Positions 36,665 to 47,367 of a stretch of DNA of 64,000 nucleotides are shown piece by piece (position 1 is the stretch's first letter; every line of letters starts with the position of its first letter). This stretch comes from Spirochaetia bacterium. Its GTDB lineage: Bacteria > Spirochaetota > Spirochaetia > SZUA-6 > Bin103. The notes under the pieces are model-generated. The model was not told the DNA's origin, searched no databases, and saw only the letters and a program-made list of their open reading frames with translations. Position numbers and translations under genes: made by a program. The stretch spans positions 3,744,001 through 3,808,000 of the forward strand of contig OZ241863.1 in the NCBI GenBank assembly GCA_965203055.1. Reading direction: 5' to 3'.

Positions 36665-37546
36665 ATGGGACAATCAACCACTCCGAATGGCGTTGCGGTG
36701 CGGCCCGAGCCGGGGCTGCCGGCGGCGCGGCTGGAGCAGTTGCAGCGGGACGGGTTCTGCGTGATTCCGCAGGTGGTCGACGGCGCGGTGCTGGAGCTCA
36801 CGCGGCGGTGCGCGCAACGCGCCGTGGCGGCGCAGGACGCCGAAAGCCTGGCCCGCGCCCGTTCGCCGGGCACCCTGATCGACTCCGGTCCCTACCCGGA
36901 GCTGGCCGATCTGGTCGGCAACCCGCAGGCGCTGCATGAGTTGGAGCGGATGGGCCTGACCGACGTCGTGTTCTGGAAGGCGGTGATCATCAGCAAGTTT
37001 CCCGGCGGGCCGCGGCTGTATTGGCACCAGGACTGCATGATGTGGCAGGACCCGCGCGCCTACAGCGCCATCGCGCCGATGATCTTTCTGATGTACTACC
37101 TGGAGGATACCAACCCGTTCAACGGCTGCCTGCGGGTGCTGCCCGGCAGCCACCGCCGGCGCCATCCGCTGCACGACGTCGGCGAGGCGCATACCAGGGA
37201 CGTCAACAGCATCGACGACCCCGACGACCCGCGCTTTCGCGACTACGCCGGCGCCGCCGACGTGCCGGTGACCGCCGGCGACCTGGTGGTCGGCGACGCG
37301 CGGCTGCTGCACGCCGCCCACGCCAACCGGTCCGACCGGCAGCGGACGGTGATCACCATCTGGTTCTATCCGCTGTTCAGCGATCTGCAGGAACCGACCC
37401 AGCGCTGGTTCCACGACGACATGCACCGCCGCCACGACGGCTGGCCGCCGGAGGCCCTCGCCAAGATCGCGCCGGTCATTCCCCGCTACGCCGGCAGCGC
37501 GGCGGCAATGGAGATAAACCGCCAGCCGGGACCGCTGCTGGCGTGA
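36665..37546 (+). CDS. Phytanoyl-CoA dioxygenase (PhyH) family Fe/2OG enzyme
   Basis: RDGFCVIP, WHQD, NGCLRVLPGSH and LLHAAHANRS..R motifs. Confidence 0.9.
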   Translation: MGQSTTPNGVAVRPEPGLPAARLEQLQRDGFCVIPQVVDGAVLELTRRCAQRAVAAQDAESLARARSPGTLIDSGPYPELADLVGNPQALHELERMGLTDVVFWKAVIISKFPGGPRLYWHQDCMMWQDPRAYSAIAPMIFLMYYLEDTNPFNGCLRVLPGSHRRRHPLHDVGEAHTRDVNSIDDPDDPRFRDYAGAADVPVTAGDLVVGDARLLHAAHANRSDRQRTVITIWFYPLFSDLQEPTQRWFHDDMHRRHDGWPPEALAKIAPVIPRYAGSAAAMEINRQPGPLLA

Positions 37547-37559
37547 TCTTGCAAGTGGT

Positions 37560-39968
37560 TCAGGCGGTGAACAACTCGAGCTGGCGCTCGTTGCGGCGCA
37601 CCTCCCCGAAGTCGCGGCGCAGGGCGGCCAGCACCGGCTCCGCCACCGGGCGGAGCTGGCGTTCGATGTAGTGCTCGTAGTCGAGCGGCTGGGTGCGGCG
37701 GTCGGCCGGTTCCGGCCCCTCGACGGTCATCACGTAGTCGATCACCTCCCGTTGCGAGCCGCCTGCGGCGGGGCCGGCGGACGTGTCGCCGGCGGCCGGC
37801 GGGTCCTCCGCGGCGCGGCGCTTGCGGGCGGCCACGACGTGGGGCGGCAGCGCCCGGTAGGCGCGCGCATCCTTGCGCAGCGTCTTGTGGTACACCAGAT
37901 CGGCATCGCGGCGGCCGGCGGCTACCGCGTCGATCACTGACCGCAGGTACGCTTCCACCGGCTCGCCGGCGAACAGCCGCCGGTACAGCTCGCGCTGCAC
38001 CTCGTGGGCCAGGGCGGTCCAGTCGCGCCGCACCACCTCCATGCCGGTGAAGTGCAGCTTGCCCTGCGCCAGACCGGCGTAGCGCTTGGTGGCGCCGCGC
38101 CCGCCGCCGCGCACCAGCGGCAGGAACAGGCGCTCGAACGCCATTTCGAACTCCATCTCCAGGTAGCTCGGCACCCGCCAGGCGGCGGCGACGTAGGCCG
38201 CCAGGTCGGCGTTCAACGCCGCGGCCAGCCGCGCGCCCTCGCGCGGCGCGGCGCCGGCCACGAACACGCTGTCGGTATCGCCGTACAGCACCTGCAGCCC
38301 GCGCCGTTCCATCCAGGTCCGGGCCCACAGCAGGAAGTGCTTGCCGAAGCCGGTGATGGCATTCGCCAGGCGCGGGTCGTGGAACCGGCAGGCCGAGGTC
38401 CCGAGCACGCCGTAGAAGGAGTTCATCAAGATCTTGATGGCATGGCTGGCGACCGCGTTGCCGGCTTGCCGGGCCTGCTCGCGGCTGGCGAACAGGTCGT
38501 CCAGCATGGCGCTGAGGATGCCGCGGCGGCGCCGGAAGCGCGCGCCGTTGGGGGCCTCGATCGCATCCTCGGGGCCTTCCGCGGAGCCGCTGCCGTCCCG
38601 AATCAGCCCGAGGGGGTCGATCTGGAAGGTGCGGATGATGCTCGGATAGAGGCTCTTGAAGTCGAACAGCAGCACCTGATCGTGCAGTCCGGGGCGCGGC
38701 CGCAGGACGTGGCCGCCCTGGGTGTGCTCCTGCGCGGCGGCCGCGTCCAGCTCCGCGCCCACCGTCGGCGCCACCACCCGGCGCTCCCGCAGGCGGGACA
38801 GGTAGAGGAAGTCGAACGCGGCGATGGAGGAGCCCACCCGGTCCGGCGGCATCCCGGTGAGCGCGCTGCGCTCCACGGTGAAGGGCACCAGCTCCAGCTT
38901 CTCCAGGATGTCGAGCGCCAGGCGCGCGTCGGTCAGATTGTACTCCACGAAGCGCGCCGGATCATGGGTGAAGGTACGCATGATCCGGTCCGCATGGCCC
39001 GGCCCGCCGCCGCCCAGGGTCTTGCCCTCGCCGAGAATCTCCTGCGCCGCGGCCTCCAGGCTGTAACGCTCCAGCCGCACCGACACCGCGCGCAGCAGGC
39101 GAATGCCATCCAGCACGACCCGCCCGGGAATGAAGATGGAATCGGAGAACCGGCGCCCGCCGCCGCGCTCGCGCTGGCGCAACGCGCCGGGCGCGCGGCC
39201 CCACTCCAGCGCCGCGCCGGCCGCCGCCGCGCGGCGGATCAACACCGGCACGTCGAAGTCGATGATGTTCCAGCCGGTCACCACGTCGGGATCCAGGGCG
39301 CGGATGCGCCGCCCCAGGGCGGCCAGCAACTCCGCTTCGCTGGCGCACGGCGTGGCCGCCGCGGGGCAGGCCGCGCGCGCCCGCTCGTCGGGGCACCACA
39401 GCAGCACTTCCCGCGCCCCGCAGCCCCACAACGCCACCGACAGCAGCCGCTCGTCGGGGCCGGTCTCGATGTCCAGCGACAGCGTGGTGAGCGCCGGCGT
39501 CCACTGCGCCGGGCGCAGCGCCGGCTCGTCGAACAGCACGGTGGCGGAGGGCGCGCCCTCCCACCCCGGCAGGGGGCGCGGCTCCCCTTCGATCAGCAGC
39601 GCGCTGCGGATGCCGCGGTCGATCAGGTAGCGGTAGGCGAAGCGCACGTCGGCCTCGAAGGTGCGCACCCCGGCGCGGTGCAGGCGCGCGCGCAGCGCCG
39701 CGGCCTCGGCCGGCCGCGGCAACCGCACCCGCAGCACCGGTTGGCCCTGCAGCGTGCGGCGCTCGACCGCTTCCAGCTCCGCGGCGCCCAGGCTCAGCGC
39801 CTGCTCGCGGGCGCTGCTCTCGACGTAGAAATAGGGTTGCGGGCGGCGGTCGCGGACCACGAAGGGGCGGCCGTCGCGCAGCTTCCCGTAGAGCCGCACG
39901 ACCGCGCGGCCGCTGCCGGGCTCGGCGGCGTGGGCAACGTTGAGGATGAACCCGAGCTGCCCGCTCAC
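37560..39968 (-). CDS. polB: Family B DNA polymerase (DNA polymerase II)
   Basis: Exonuclease LDIET and TGWNIIDFD; polymerase DFKSLYPSII, KILMNSFYG, YGDTDS and KRYAG. Confidence 0.92.
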   Translation of the reverse strand: MSGQLGFILNVAHAAEPGSGRAVVRLYGKLRDGRPFVVRDRRPQPYFYVESSAREQALSLGAAELEAVERRTLQGQPVLRVRLPRPAEAAALRARLHRAGVRTFEADVRFAYRYLIDRGIRSALLIEGEPRPLPGWEGAPSATVLFDEPALRPAQWTPALTTLSLDIETGPDERLLSVALWGCGAREVLLWCPDERARAACPAAATPCASEAELLAALGRRIRALDPDVVTGWNIIDFDVPVLIRRAAAAGAALEWGRAPGALRQRERGGGRRFSDSIFIPGRVVLDGIRLLRAVSVRLERYSLEAAAQEILGEGKTLGGGGPGHADRIMRTFTHDPARFVEYNLTDARLALDILEKLELVPFTVERSALTGMPPDRVGSSIAAFDFLYLSRLRERRVVAPTVGAELDAAAAQEHTQGGHVLRPRPGLHDQVLLFDFKSLYPSIIRTFQIDPLGLIRDGSGSAEGPEDAIEAPNGARFRRRRGILSAMLDDLFASREQARQAGNAVASHAIKILMNSFYGVLGTSACRFHDPRLANAITGFGKHFLLWARTWMERRGLQVLYGDTDSVFVAGAAPREGARLAAALNADLAAYVAAAWRVPSYLEMEFEMAFERLFLPLVRGGGRGATKRYAGLAQGKLHFTGMEVVRRDWTALAHEVQRELYRRLFAGEPVEAYLRSVIDAVAAGRRDADLVYHKTLRKDARAYRALPPHVVAARKRRAAEDPPAAGDTSAGPAAGGSQREVIDYVMTVEGPEPADRRTQPLDYEHYIERQLRPVAEPVLAALRRDFGEVRRNERQLELFTA

Positions 39969-41125
39969 GGCGCGCCCGGCAACTCGGCGACCGGAACTTC
40001 GCGCCCGCCCTGGGCGGCGGAGCGGTAGGCGGCGTACAACACCGCGGTGGTGACGAAGCCCAGCTCCGCCCCGCATTGCGGCGCCGCGCCGCGCGCGAAG
40101 CAGTCATAGAAGTGGGCCAGTTCCTGCGGGTAGCCGTGCATCCAGCCCTCGTCCGGCGCCGGCTGCGACCAGCCCTGCTTGGTGCCGATCTTCTCCACCA
40201 CGTAGATGTCGTCGAACTGCTCCTCGCGCGGATTGTAGGTCTGCAGCGCATCGACCGGGTTGAGATTGCAGCGCGTGCGGTGGTTGTTGGCGAACACTTC
40301 CAGCCAGTTGGAAACGCCGCCGAGCACCACCTCGGAGGCAAACACGTCGGCGACGGTGCCGTCGCCGAAGGTCACGTGCAGCGCGCCGCAATCCTCGATC
40401 TCCTCGTAGTCGGCGCGCAGGAAACCGGCGTCGCGGTAGCCGGGCAGGCGCGTGAGGGAATGGACCCGGGCGCTCACCGTGGCCGGACGAATCGGCCGGC
40501 CGTCATGGGCGCGGCCCTCCTCCTCCTTGAGGAACAGCATGGCGGTCAACGGATGGCATGCCTTGCCCATCAGGGAGCCGCCGCCGGAGTGGCGCCACCG
40601 GCCGTACAGCGGCGAGTGCGAACCGGAGTGCGATTCCTCCCCCAGCATGCGCAGCAATTGCGCCTTGCTCTTGCGTACGATCTCCGCCTCCTTCTGCACC
40701 GCGGGCGCGAACACCCAGTTCTCGGCGTACCCCAGGGTGGCGCTGCCGGCCCGCTCGGCGGCGAGCATGCGCCGCGCGCTGGCCACCGCCGCGGCCTCCA
40801 TCTCGGCGCGCGGCGTGTCGGCGGCGGCGAAGCAACCGGTGAACGGCTTTTCCAGTATGACGTGGACGCCGGCGGCCAGCGCCGCGCAGGTAATTTCCTC
40901 GTGCGCGGCGGGCGGGGCGCACACGTGCACCACGTCCACCTGTTCCAGCAGTTCCGGCAAACTCGCGGCGTCAGCCAACCGATGGCGCGCGGCGAACGCG
41001 GCCCGGCGCGCCGCGTTCGGCGAAAAGACCGCCGCCGGCCGCACCTCCAGGTGGCGGCAGGCGCTCAGCCCGGCGACGTGGAACTCGGCGGCGAAGCCGC
41101 TGCCGGCAATGCCTGACCTGATCAT
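39965..41125 (-). CDS. Gfo/Idh/MocA oxidoreductase
   Basis: GIAGSGF, HVILEKP, YAENW and GGGSL motifs. Confidence 0.88.
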   Translation of the reverse strand: MIRSGIAGSGFAAEFHVAGLSACRHLEVRPAAVFSPNAARRAAFAARHRLADAASLPELLEQVDVVHVCAPPAAHEEITCAALAAGVHVILEKPFTGCFAAADTPRAEMEAAAVASARRMLAAERAGSATLGYAENWVFAPAVQKEAEIVRKSKAQLLRMLGEESHSGSHSPLYGRWRHSGGGSLMGKACHPLTAMLFLKEEEGRAHDGRPIRPATVSARVHSLTRLPGYRDAGFLRADYEEIEDCGALHVTFGDGTVADVFASEVVLGGVSNWLEVFANNHRTRCNLNPVDALQTYNPREEQFDDIYVVEKIGTKQGWSQPAPDEGWMHGYPQELAHFYDCFARGAAPQCGAELGFVTTAVLYAAYRSAAQGGREVPVAELPGAP

Positions 41126-41224
41126 GTGGCTCCCTCCCGTTGGCGGGTACCGCGCGCCTGCCCGTTGCCGGTGGCTGGACAGCAGGCAAGGCTTGGTCCC
41201 ACTCTGCTGGCGGAGATTCTAGAC

Positions 41225-44125
41225 GTGACGCTCATCCTTGGCTATGAACTCGACGGCACGGCGCAGCGCGACCTGCCGCCCGCCGGCGCCGAGGCGGGGG
41301 TGGTTGCCGCCGGCCCCCAACGGCTGGTGGAGATGCTGGAGCAGGGGTACGGCATTCCGGCTGCGAGCGCCACGCCGCTGCAACGCATGCTCGGCTATCA
41401 GCAGGCGCTGGAGCAAGGCAACGACGGCGCCCGCTTCTACTCGCGGTCGTGGCAGCGCGACCCCCTCGGGGTGGCGCGGGCCGTGCTGGCGGCGCGCGAC
41501 GAGTTGCTCATGGCGGCGCCGTCGAAGTTCTCCTGGTCCGCCCTGGCCGGGCGCGGCGGGCGGCTCGCCGAGCTGGCGCGGATCGAGGCGCTGGCCGCGG
41601 CCCACGGGGTGGCGCCGGGACTGCCGGACCGCCTGCGGGCGCTGATCGAAGAGCTGGCGCGCAGCCCGATCCGCCCGCCGATCGCCGAGTTGCAGCTCGT
41701 CGAAGAGCGCAGGTTCTGGCCGGCGCTGCTGCAGGAGTTGCAGTTCGTACTGGAGTTTCGCGGTACCAGGATCGGCTCCTACCTGCCGCCGCGCGCCCGG
41801 CGCCGCTCCGCGAAACGGGCGCTTTCGGACCTGGCGCGCGCTCAGGCCGCGCTCGACCCGGCGCCGGCGGCCCGCGGCCGGCGCCGCCGGCGAGTCGAAG
41901 CCGGAGCCGCCGGCAGCGCGGCGGCGAATGCGGCCGGCGGGGAGCCGCCGCGGGCGGATGGCAGCTTGGCGCTGGTGCGCGCCGACAGCCTGGTGGAGGG
42001 CGCCGACGCGGCGGCGGCGCTGATCGCCTCCTGGCTGGGCCCGCGCGCCGGCGCGGAGCAGGCCGGGCAGGGCATCTGCGTGGTGGCGGAGGAACACGGC
42101 GAGCTGCTCGACGCGGCGTTGCTGCGCGCCGGCATCCCGCCTGCCGGCCACCCGCAGCCGATACGCGGCGGCGATGCCGGCGGCCTGCTGCCCCTGCTGC
42201 TGCAACTGCTCTGGGATCCGGTCGATCCGCGCACCATGCAGCGCTACCTGCTGCTGCCCCGCCACCCGCTGCCCGGCCCGCTGCGCCGCGAGCTGCTGCG
42301 CGAGCTGGACCGGATGCCGGGCGTCTGGGGGCCGCGCTGGCAGGCGGTGATCGAGCGCTACCTGGCGACTGCGGACGGCGGGCGCCGCGCCACCGTACGG
42401 CGCCGCCTGGAACGCTGGCTGCCGGCGCCGGCCGGCGGCCAGCGGCTGCCGGCGGCGACGATCGCCGCGCACGCCCGGGAGGCGGCGGCGTGGGCGCGGC
42501 GGCATGCGGCGGCGGATGCGGCGGATGCGGCCGCACGAGAGCCGCACGCGGCGCTGGTGATGCGGGAGAGCGCCGCGCTGGCCGACGCGGTGGCCGCGGC
42601 GGTTGCCGCCCAGCCGCGCGAGCGGATGAGCCGGCCCGAGTTGGAGCGCCTGGTGAGCGAGGTGGAACACGCCGCGCCGCGCCGGCGCAACGGTCAGCCG
42701 TGCCGCGGCGGCCCGCGCGCGGCCACCGCCCCCGGCACGTTGCTGAGCCCGGTAGACCACGTGCTGTGGTGGCACGCCGCGGAGTCTACCGTCGGCGCGG
42801 CGCCGCCGGCGTTCTTCGCGCCGCGCGAGCGCGCGGCCCTGGAACGGCTCGGCGTGCGGCTGCAGGAGCCGCTGCTGGCGATCGAACGCAAGGAACAGCA
42901 GTGGCGGCGGCTGGCCGGGCTGGCGCGCCGCAGTCTGGTCCTGGTGTACGCCGCCAGTCACGGCGAGCAGGTCGACGCGCCGCATCCGCTGTGGTTCATC
43001 CTGCAGCAGCCGTTTGCCGGCGGCGCGGCCGAACCGGGCGCGGCGCTCACCTGGCCGGCGCGCGCCGCCGACGCCGCGGCGGCCGCGGGCCGGCGGCGCC
43101 GGGCGGATGGCGGGCGCCTGCTGCGGCCGCGGTTGCCGCTGGCGGCGCCGGCGTTCACGCCGCGCTGGCAGGTGCCGGAACTGGCCGGCCAGGCGCCGCA
43201 TCCCACCGAGTCAGCCACCTCGCTGGCTACCCTGCTCGGTTGTCCGCTGCGCTACGTGCTGGAGTACCGCGCCGGGCTGCGGCCGCGGCGGGAGCTGGGA
43301 CTGACCGCCGGCAACCGCCTGCTGGGGATCGTGGCGCACGACGTGCTGGCCGAGCACCTGGCGGCGTACCCGGCCGCGACCGCGGAGCGGGTCGTGGAGA
43401 CCGACCTGCGCGAGCGCTTCGCCCACACCTTCGCCAACGTGGCCACCCTGCTGCGGATGCCGGGCATGGACCGCGAGCGGGCCGAGGTGGAAGCGGTGAC
43501 CACGCGCGCCGCCAAGATCCTGCGCGCGGCGCTGCAGCAGGGCGGCTGCGAGGTGGTTGCGGTCGAACGCGACTTTGAGACCGCGCCGCCGGAGGAGGCG
43601 GAGGCAGAGGAGGCGGAACCGTCGTTGCGCGGCCGCGTCGATCTGGTGGTGCGCCGCGGCGGCGCCGGCGGCGGGCTGGTGATCATCGACCTGAAGTGGT
43701 CGGGGCGGCGCCACTACCGGCGCCTGCTGGAGCAGCGCCGCGCCGTGCAGCTCGCTCACTACGCCATCATCACCGGGGCGGCCGAGGCGCAGCCGGAACC
43801 GCCGCCTACCGCCTACTTCGTCATTACCACCGGCGAACTGTTCACCGTCCACCGCGGCCTGCTGCCCGGCGCCATCGTGGTGCCGGGGCCCGCGGAAGGC
43901 GAGCTGTGGGCGGAGCTGTGGCCGCACGGGCAGGCGCGGCGCGCGGCCGTGAGCGCCGGCGCGGTGGCCGTGGGCACGCCGGAAGAGGAGTGGCGCGCGG
44001 GCTTGACCGGGACGCCGTTGCCGGCCCCGTGCCGCTTCTGCGACTACGGCCTGTTCTGCCGGGTCGACGCCGCCGGCCACAGCGGCCGCTCACCCGCGCC
44101 CGTGGCCGCGGCCTCCGCCTCGTGA
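41225..44125 (+). CDS. AddB-like inactive helicase with a C-terminal PD-(D/E)xK nuclease
   Basis: SATSL..LLGCPLRY, LLGIVAH, RGRVDL, IIDLK, QLAHY and CRFCDYGLFC (Fe-S cysteines). Confidence 0.8.
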   Translation: MTLILGYELDGTAQRDLPPAGAEAGVVAAGPQRLVEMLEQGYGIPAASATPLQRMLGYQQALEQGNDGARFYSRSWQRDPLGVARAVLAARDELLMAAPSKFSWSALAGRGGRLAELARIEALAAAHGVAPGLPDRLRALIEELARSPIRPPIAELQLVEERRFWPALLQELQFVLEFRGTRIGSYLPPRARRRSAKRALSDLARAQAALDPAPAARGRRRRRVEAGAAGSAAANAAGGEPPRADGSLALVRADSLVEGADAAAALIASWLGPRAGAEQAGQGICVVAEEHGELLDAALLRAGIPPAGHPQPIRGGDAGGLLPLLLQLLWDPVDPRTMQRYLLLPRHPLPGPLRRELLRELDRMPGVWGPRWQAVIERYLATADGGRRATVRRRLERWLPAPAGGQRLPAATIAAHAREAAAWARRHAAADAADAAAREPHAALVMRESAALADAVAAAVAAQPRERMSRPELERLVSEVEHAAPRRRNGQPCRGGPRAATAPGTLLSPVDHVLWWHAAESTVGAAPPAFFAPRERAALERLGVRLQEPLLAIERKEQQWRRLAGLARRSLVLVYAASHGEQVDAPHPLWFILQQPFAGGAAEPGAALTWPARAADAAAAAGRRRRADGGRLLRPRLPLAAPAFTPRWQVPELAGQAPHPTESATSLATLLGCPLRYVLEYRAGLRPRRELGLTAGNRLLGIVAHDVLAEHLAAYPAATAERVVETDLRERFAHTFANVATLLRMPGMDRERAEVEAVTTRAAKILRAALQQGGCEVVAVERDFETAPPEEAEAEEAEPSLRGRVDLVVRRGGAGGGLVIIDLKWSGRRHYRRLLEQRRAVQLAHYAIITGAAEAQPEPPPTAYFVITTGELFTVHRGLLPGAIVVPGPAEGELWAELWPHGQARRAAVSAGAVAVGTPEEEWRAGLTGTPLPAPCRFCDYGLFCRVDAAGHSGRSPAPVAAASAS

Positions 44126-47100
44126 CGCCCGCCGCCGCGGGGCGCCGGGATCACCTGCCCGTCACGGTGATCGAGGCCGGCGCCGGGACCGGCAAGACCT
44201 ATCGCCTGGCCGAGGAGATCAGCCGCGCCGTGGCGAGCGGCGAGGTGCGCCCGGAAGCGATCCTGCTCACCACTTTTACCCGCCGCGCGGCCGCGGAGCT
44301 GACCAGCCGGGTGACCAGCCGGTTGATCGGCGCCGGGCGCACCCGCGAGGCGCTGCGCGTCGGGCAGGCGCGCATCGGTACGGTGCACAGCGTGTGCGGC
44401 CGGCTGCTGGAGCAATATGCGCTGAGCGCGGGGCTGGCGGTGCGCCACAACGTGATCCCCGAGAGCGAGCAGCGCCGGCTCCTCAACGAGGCGCTCTCCA
44501 CGGTGCTCAAGCCGGAGGAGAACGAGGAGCTGCAGCTCATGGCGCAGTGCCTGTACCGCCTCGACTGGCGGGACGACGTGCGCGAGCTGATCGGTCAGGC
44601 GCGCAGCAACGCCCTGGCGCCGGAACAGTTTGCCGGCTACGCCGAGGCCAGCGTGCGGGAAATACTCGCCGCGCTGCCCGCGGAGAGCGGCAGCGCCGCG
44701 GAGTGTCTGCGGCTCGCGCGCGAGGTGGAGCCGCAGCTCGGAGCGCTGCTGGAAAGCGGCGCCGACACCCACAAGAACACCCGTGAGGCGCTGAGCACGG
44801 TGCGCTCCTACCTGGCCCTGGCCGAGCGCGAAGTGCCGGTCTACTGGCAGCGCTTCCAGCAGCTTGCGCGCGCCGCGGCGGCGAAGCGCACCGGAGCGCA
44901 CGCCCTCTACCAGCCGCTGGCCGAGTACGCCGCCGGGCACCACCAATGGCCCCAGTTCCGCCGCCAGCTCGGCGCCTACGTGCGCGCCATCTTCGCGCTG
45001 GCGGCCCGCGCCTGCGAGCGGTACGAGTGGATCAAGGCGCAGGCGGGCGTGATCGACTATGCCGACCAGGAGGCGCTGGCGGCGCGCCTGCTGGAGCAGG
45101 AGGAGGTGCGGGCCGCGTTGGCCGGCGAGCTGGATCTGGTGCTGGTGGACGAGTTTCAGGATACCAGCCCGCTGCAGCTCCACCTGTTCCTGCTGCTGGC
45201 GCGCTGCGCGCCGCGCTCGGTGTGGGTGGGGGATCCCAAGCAGGCGATCTTCGGGTTCCGCGGTACCGACCCGCAGTTGATGCTCGGGGTAGTGGAGCGG
45301 TTCACCGGTGGACTCGACGCGGGGCCGGAACGGCTCGACCGGTCGTGGCGTTCGCTGCCGCAGTTGGTGGATTGGGTCAACGCCGCGTTTCAGCCGGTGT
45401 TCGCCCGGCAGGGCCTGGATCCGCAGGCGGTTGCCCTGCGCGCGCAGCGGGAGGGGCGCCTTCCCGCCGGGAGCCTGGAGAGCTGGGTGTGCCGGGCGGA
45501 CAATCAGGAGCAGGATTACGCCGCCATCGCCGCGGCCGTGGAGCAGTGCCTGGCGCACCCCGAGTACTACCCCGTGCACGGCGCGGACGGCGGCCAGCGC
45601 CCGCTGCGCGCCGCGGACCTCGCCATCGCCGCGCGCACCAATGCCGAGTGCGCCGGTCTGGCGCAGGCGCTCGCCGCGGCGGGGGTACCGTACGAGATGA
45701 GCACGGCCGGGCTGCTGCGCCAGCCGGTGTGCGAGCTGCTGCTGGCGGCCCTGACGCTGCTGCTCGATCCCTACGACCGCCTGGCCGCGGCGCAGGTGAC
45801 TTGGTTCCACGACGTGTGGAGCGCGGTCACCGACGCCGCCCGGCAGCAACGGCAGGCGGGCGACTGGCTGGCGGCGCGGGTCCGCGAAGCGGAGACGCGG
45901 GACGGCGCCCGCCACCCGGTGGTGGCCGCGCTCGCCGCGGCGGCGGCCGGCTCCGCCCTGCTGGCGCCGGCGGAGCTGGCGCGGCGCGCGGCCGACGTGG
46001 CGGACGTCTGGCGGCTGGTGCAGGGCAGCGCCGCGCCGGCCCGCGCCGCGGCCGACGTGGATCAGTTCCTGGCCCTGGTCCGCGAGTATGAGGAGATCGC
46101 GGCGCAGCGCGGCCAGGGAGTGACCCACGGCGGGCTGCTCTCCTGGCTGCGCGCGCTCGCCCAGTCGGGCGACGACCAACGCCACGCCGCGGCCAGCGAC
46201 GCAGTGCGCATTACCACCTGGCACGGCGCCAAGGGGCTGGAATGGCCGATGGTGGTGCTCTACGGATTCGGCGACGAACCGCAGACGCGCTTCTTCGGCA
46301 TCTCCGCCTTCACCGAGGGGCAGGACCGCGGCGCCGGCGACGTCACCGACCCGCTGCGCGGCCGGGCGTTGCGCTTCGTACCCTTCCCGTACCATGAGGC
46401 GACGCGCAACTGCGGTTACCGGAAGGCATTCGTCGATACCGCGCGCTTCCGTGAGGCGGAGGCCGGCGACGCGCGGGAGCGCGCCCGCCTGCTCTACGTG
46501 ATCATGACCCGGGCGCGCGACCGGCTGGTGATCGCCGCCCGCGGCAAGGCGCGCGGCGGCCTGCGCGGGCTGGAAGTGGACGGCGCGCCGCTGTGCGAGG
46601 TGCCGCAGGAGCCGGCGCAGGCGCCGCCCGGCTGGCGGGTGCGGGAGGTGCGGCCGGCGCGCCCGGCACGCCCGGCGCCGGCCGCGAACGACTGGTTCGA
46701 ATACCGGGCGCGGCCGCCGCTGGTCCCGGCGCGGGCGCTGCCGTCGCACCTGCAACTGCCGGCCGGCGCCGATGGGGTCAGCGCCGGCGCCGTCACCCGC
46801 TTCGCGCCGCCGCTGGAGCTGGCCGCCGGCGGCGACCCCGCCGCGACCGGCGCCGCGCTGCACCGCCTGCTGGCGGTCGACGCGGCCGCGCTGTCGGCGG
46901 AACAACGCCTCCGCGTGGCGCAGCGAGTGTTGTCCCCGCTGCCCGCGGGCGCCGTCGCCCCGGAGCAGGCGGTGCGCTGCAAGGAAGCCCTGGAGGCCCA
47001 CGTAGCGCGCCACTGGCCGGGCGCCGCGCTCCGCCGCGAGTGGCCGGTGAGCCTGCAACTGGACGGCCTGCGCCTGGAGGGTCTCGCCGACCTGGTAGTG

Positions 47101-47355
47101 GAACAGGAAAAGAGCTTCGTCCTGATCGACTACAAGACCTTCACCGGCAACGCCGACGAGAGCGCCCTGCGCGCCCATGGGGTGCGCTACGCGCCGCAGC
47201 TCGCGGCCTATCGGCTCGCCCTGGAACGCGCTCTGGACAAGACGTGCGCCGCCACCCTGATCTGCTATCCGCTACGCGGCGAGCTGCTGGAAATCCACGT
47301 CGCCGAGCCGGAACGGCTGCTGCACGCCAGCAGCGCCGCCGCCGGCGGCCCCTAG
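44122..47355 (+). CDS. AddA-like UvrD helicase-nuclease
   Basis: AGAGTGKT, TFTRRAA, VDEFQDT, VGDPKQAIFGFRG, HGAKGLEW, LLYVIMTRAR, IDYKT and QLAAY motifs. Confidence 0.88.
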   Translation: MTPAAAGRRDHLPVTVIEAGAGTGKTYRLAEEISRAVASGEVRPEAILLTTFTRRAAAELTSRVTSRLIGAGRTREALRVGQARIGTVHSVCGRLLEQYALSAGLAVRHNVIPESEQRRLLNEALSTVLKPEENEELQLMAQCLYRLDWRDDVRELIGQARSNALAPEQFAGYAEASVREILAALPAESGSAAECLRLAREVEPQLGALLESGADTHKNTREALSTVRSYLALAEREVPVYWQRFQQLARAAAAKRTGAHALYQPLAEYAAGHHQWPQFRRQLGAYVRAIFALAARACERYEWIKAQAGVIDYADQEALAARLLEQEEVRAALAGELDLVLVDEFQDTSPLQLHLFLLLARCAPRSVWVGDPKQAIFGFRGTDPQLMLGVVERFTGGLDAGPERLDRSWRSLPQLVDWVNAAFQPVFARQGLDPQAVALRAQREGRLPAGSLESWVCRADNQEQDYAAIAAAVEQCLAHPEYYPVHGADGGQRPLRAADLAIAARTNAECAGLAQALAAAGVPYEMSTAGLLRQPVCELLLAALTLLLDPYDRLAAAQVTWFHDVWSAVTDAARQQRQAGDWLAARVREAETRDGARHPVVAALAAAAAGSALLAPAELARRAADVADVWRLVQGSAAPARAAADVDQFLALVREYEEIAAQRGQGVTHGGLLSWLRALAQSGDDQRHAAASDAVRITTWHGAKGLEWPMVVLYGFGDEPQTRFFGISAFTEGQDRGAGDVTDPLRGRALRFVPFPYHEATRNCGYRKAFVDTARFREAEAGDARERARLLYVIMTRARDRLVIAARGKARGGLRGLEVDGAPLCEVPQEPAQAPPGWRVREVRPARPARPAPAANDWFEYRARPPLVPARALPSHLQLPAGADGVSAGAVTRFAPPLELAAGGDPAATGAALHRLLAVDAAALSAEQRLRVAQRVLSPLPAGAVAPEQAVRCKEALEAHVARHWPGAALRREWPVSLQLDGLRLEGLADLVVEQEKSFVLIDYKTFTGNADESALRAHGVRYAPQLAAYRLALERALDKTCAATLICYPLRGELLEIHVAEPERLLHASSAAAGGP

Positions 47356-47367
47356 CGGCAACACCGG

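Noticed and set aside
36665..37546. Fe/2OG halogenase partnering the haloperoxidase
   Set aside because: It retains the HxD (HQD) facial-triad carboxylate; halogenases have HxG/A.
3381..47178. Many long antisense or alternate-frame ORFs (e.g. 4961-6937, 21539-23290, 38004-40028, 44044-47178)
   Set aside because: These are shadow ORFs expected in high-GC DNA. They overlap motif-supported genes and are Arg/Ala/Gly/Pro-rich without family motifs.
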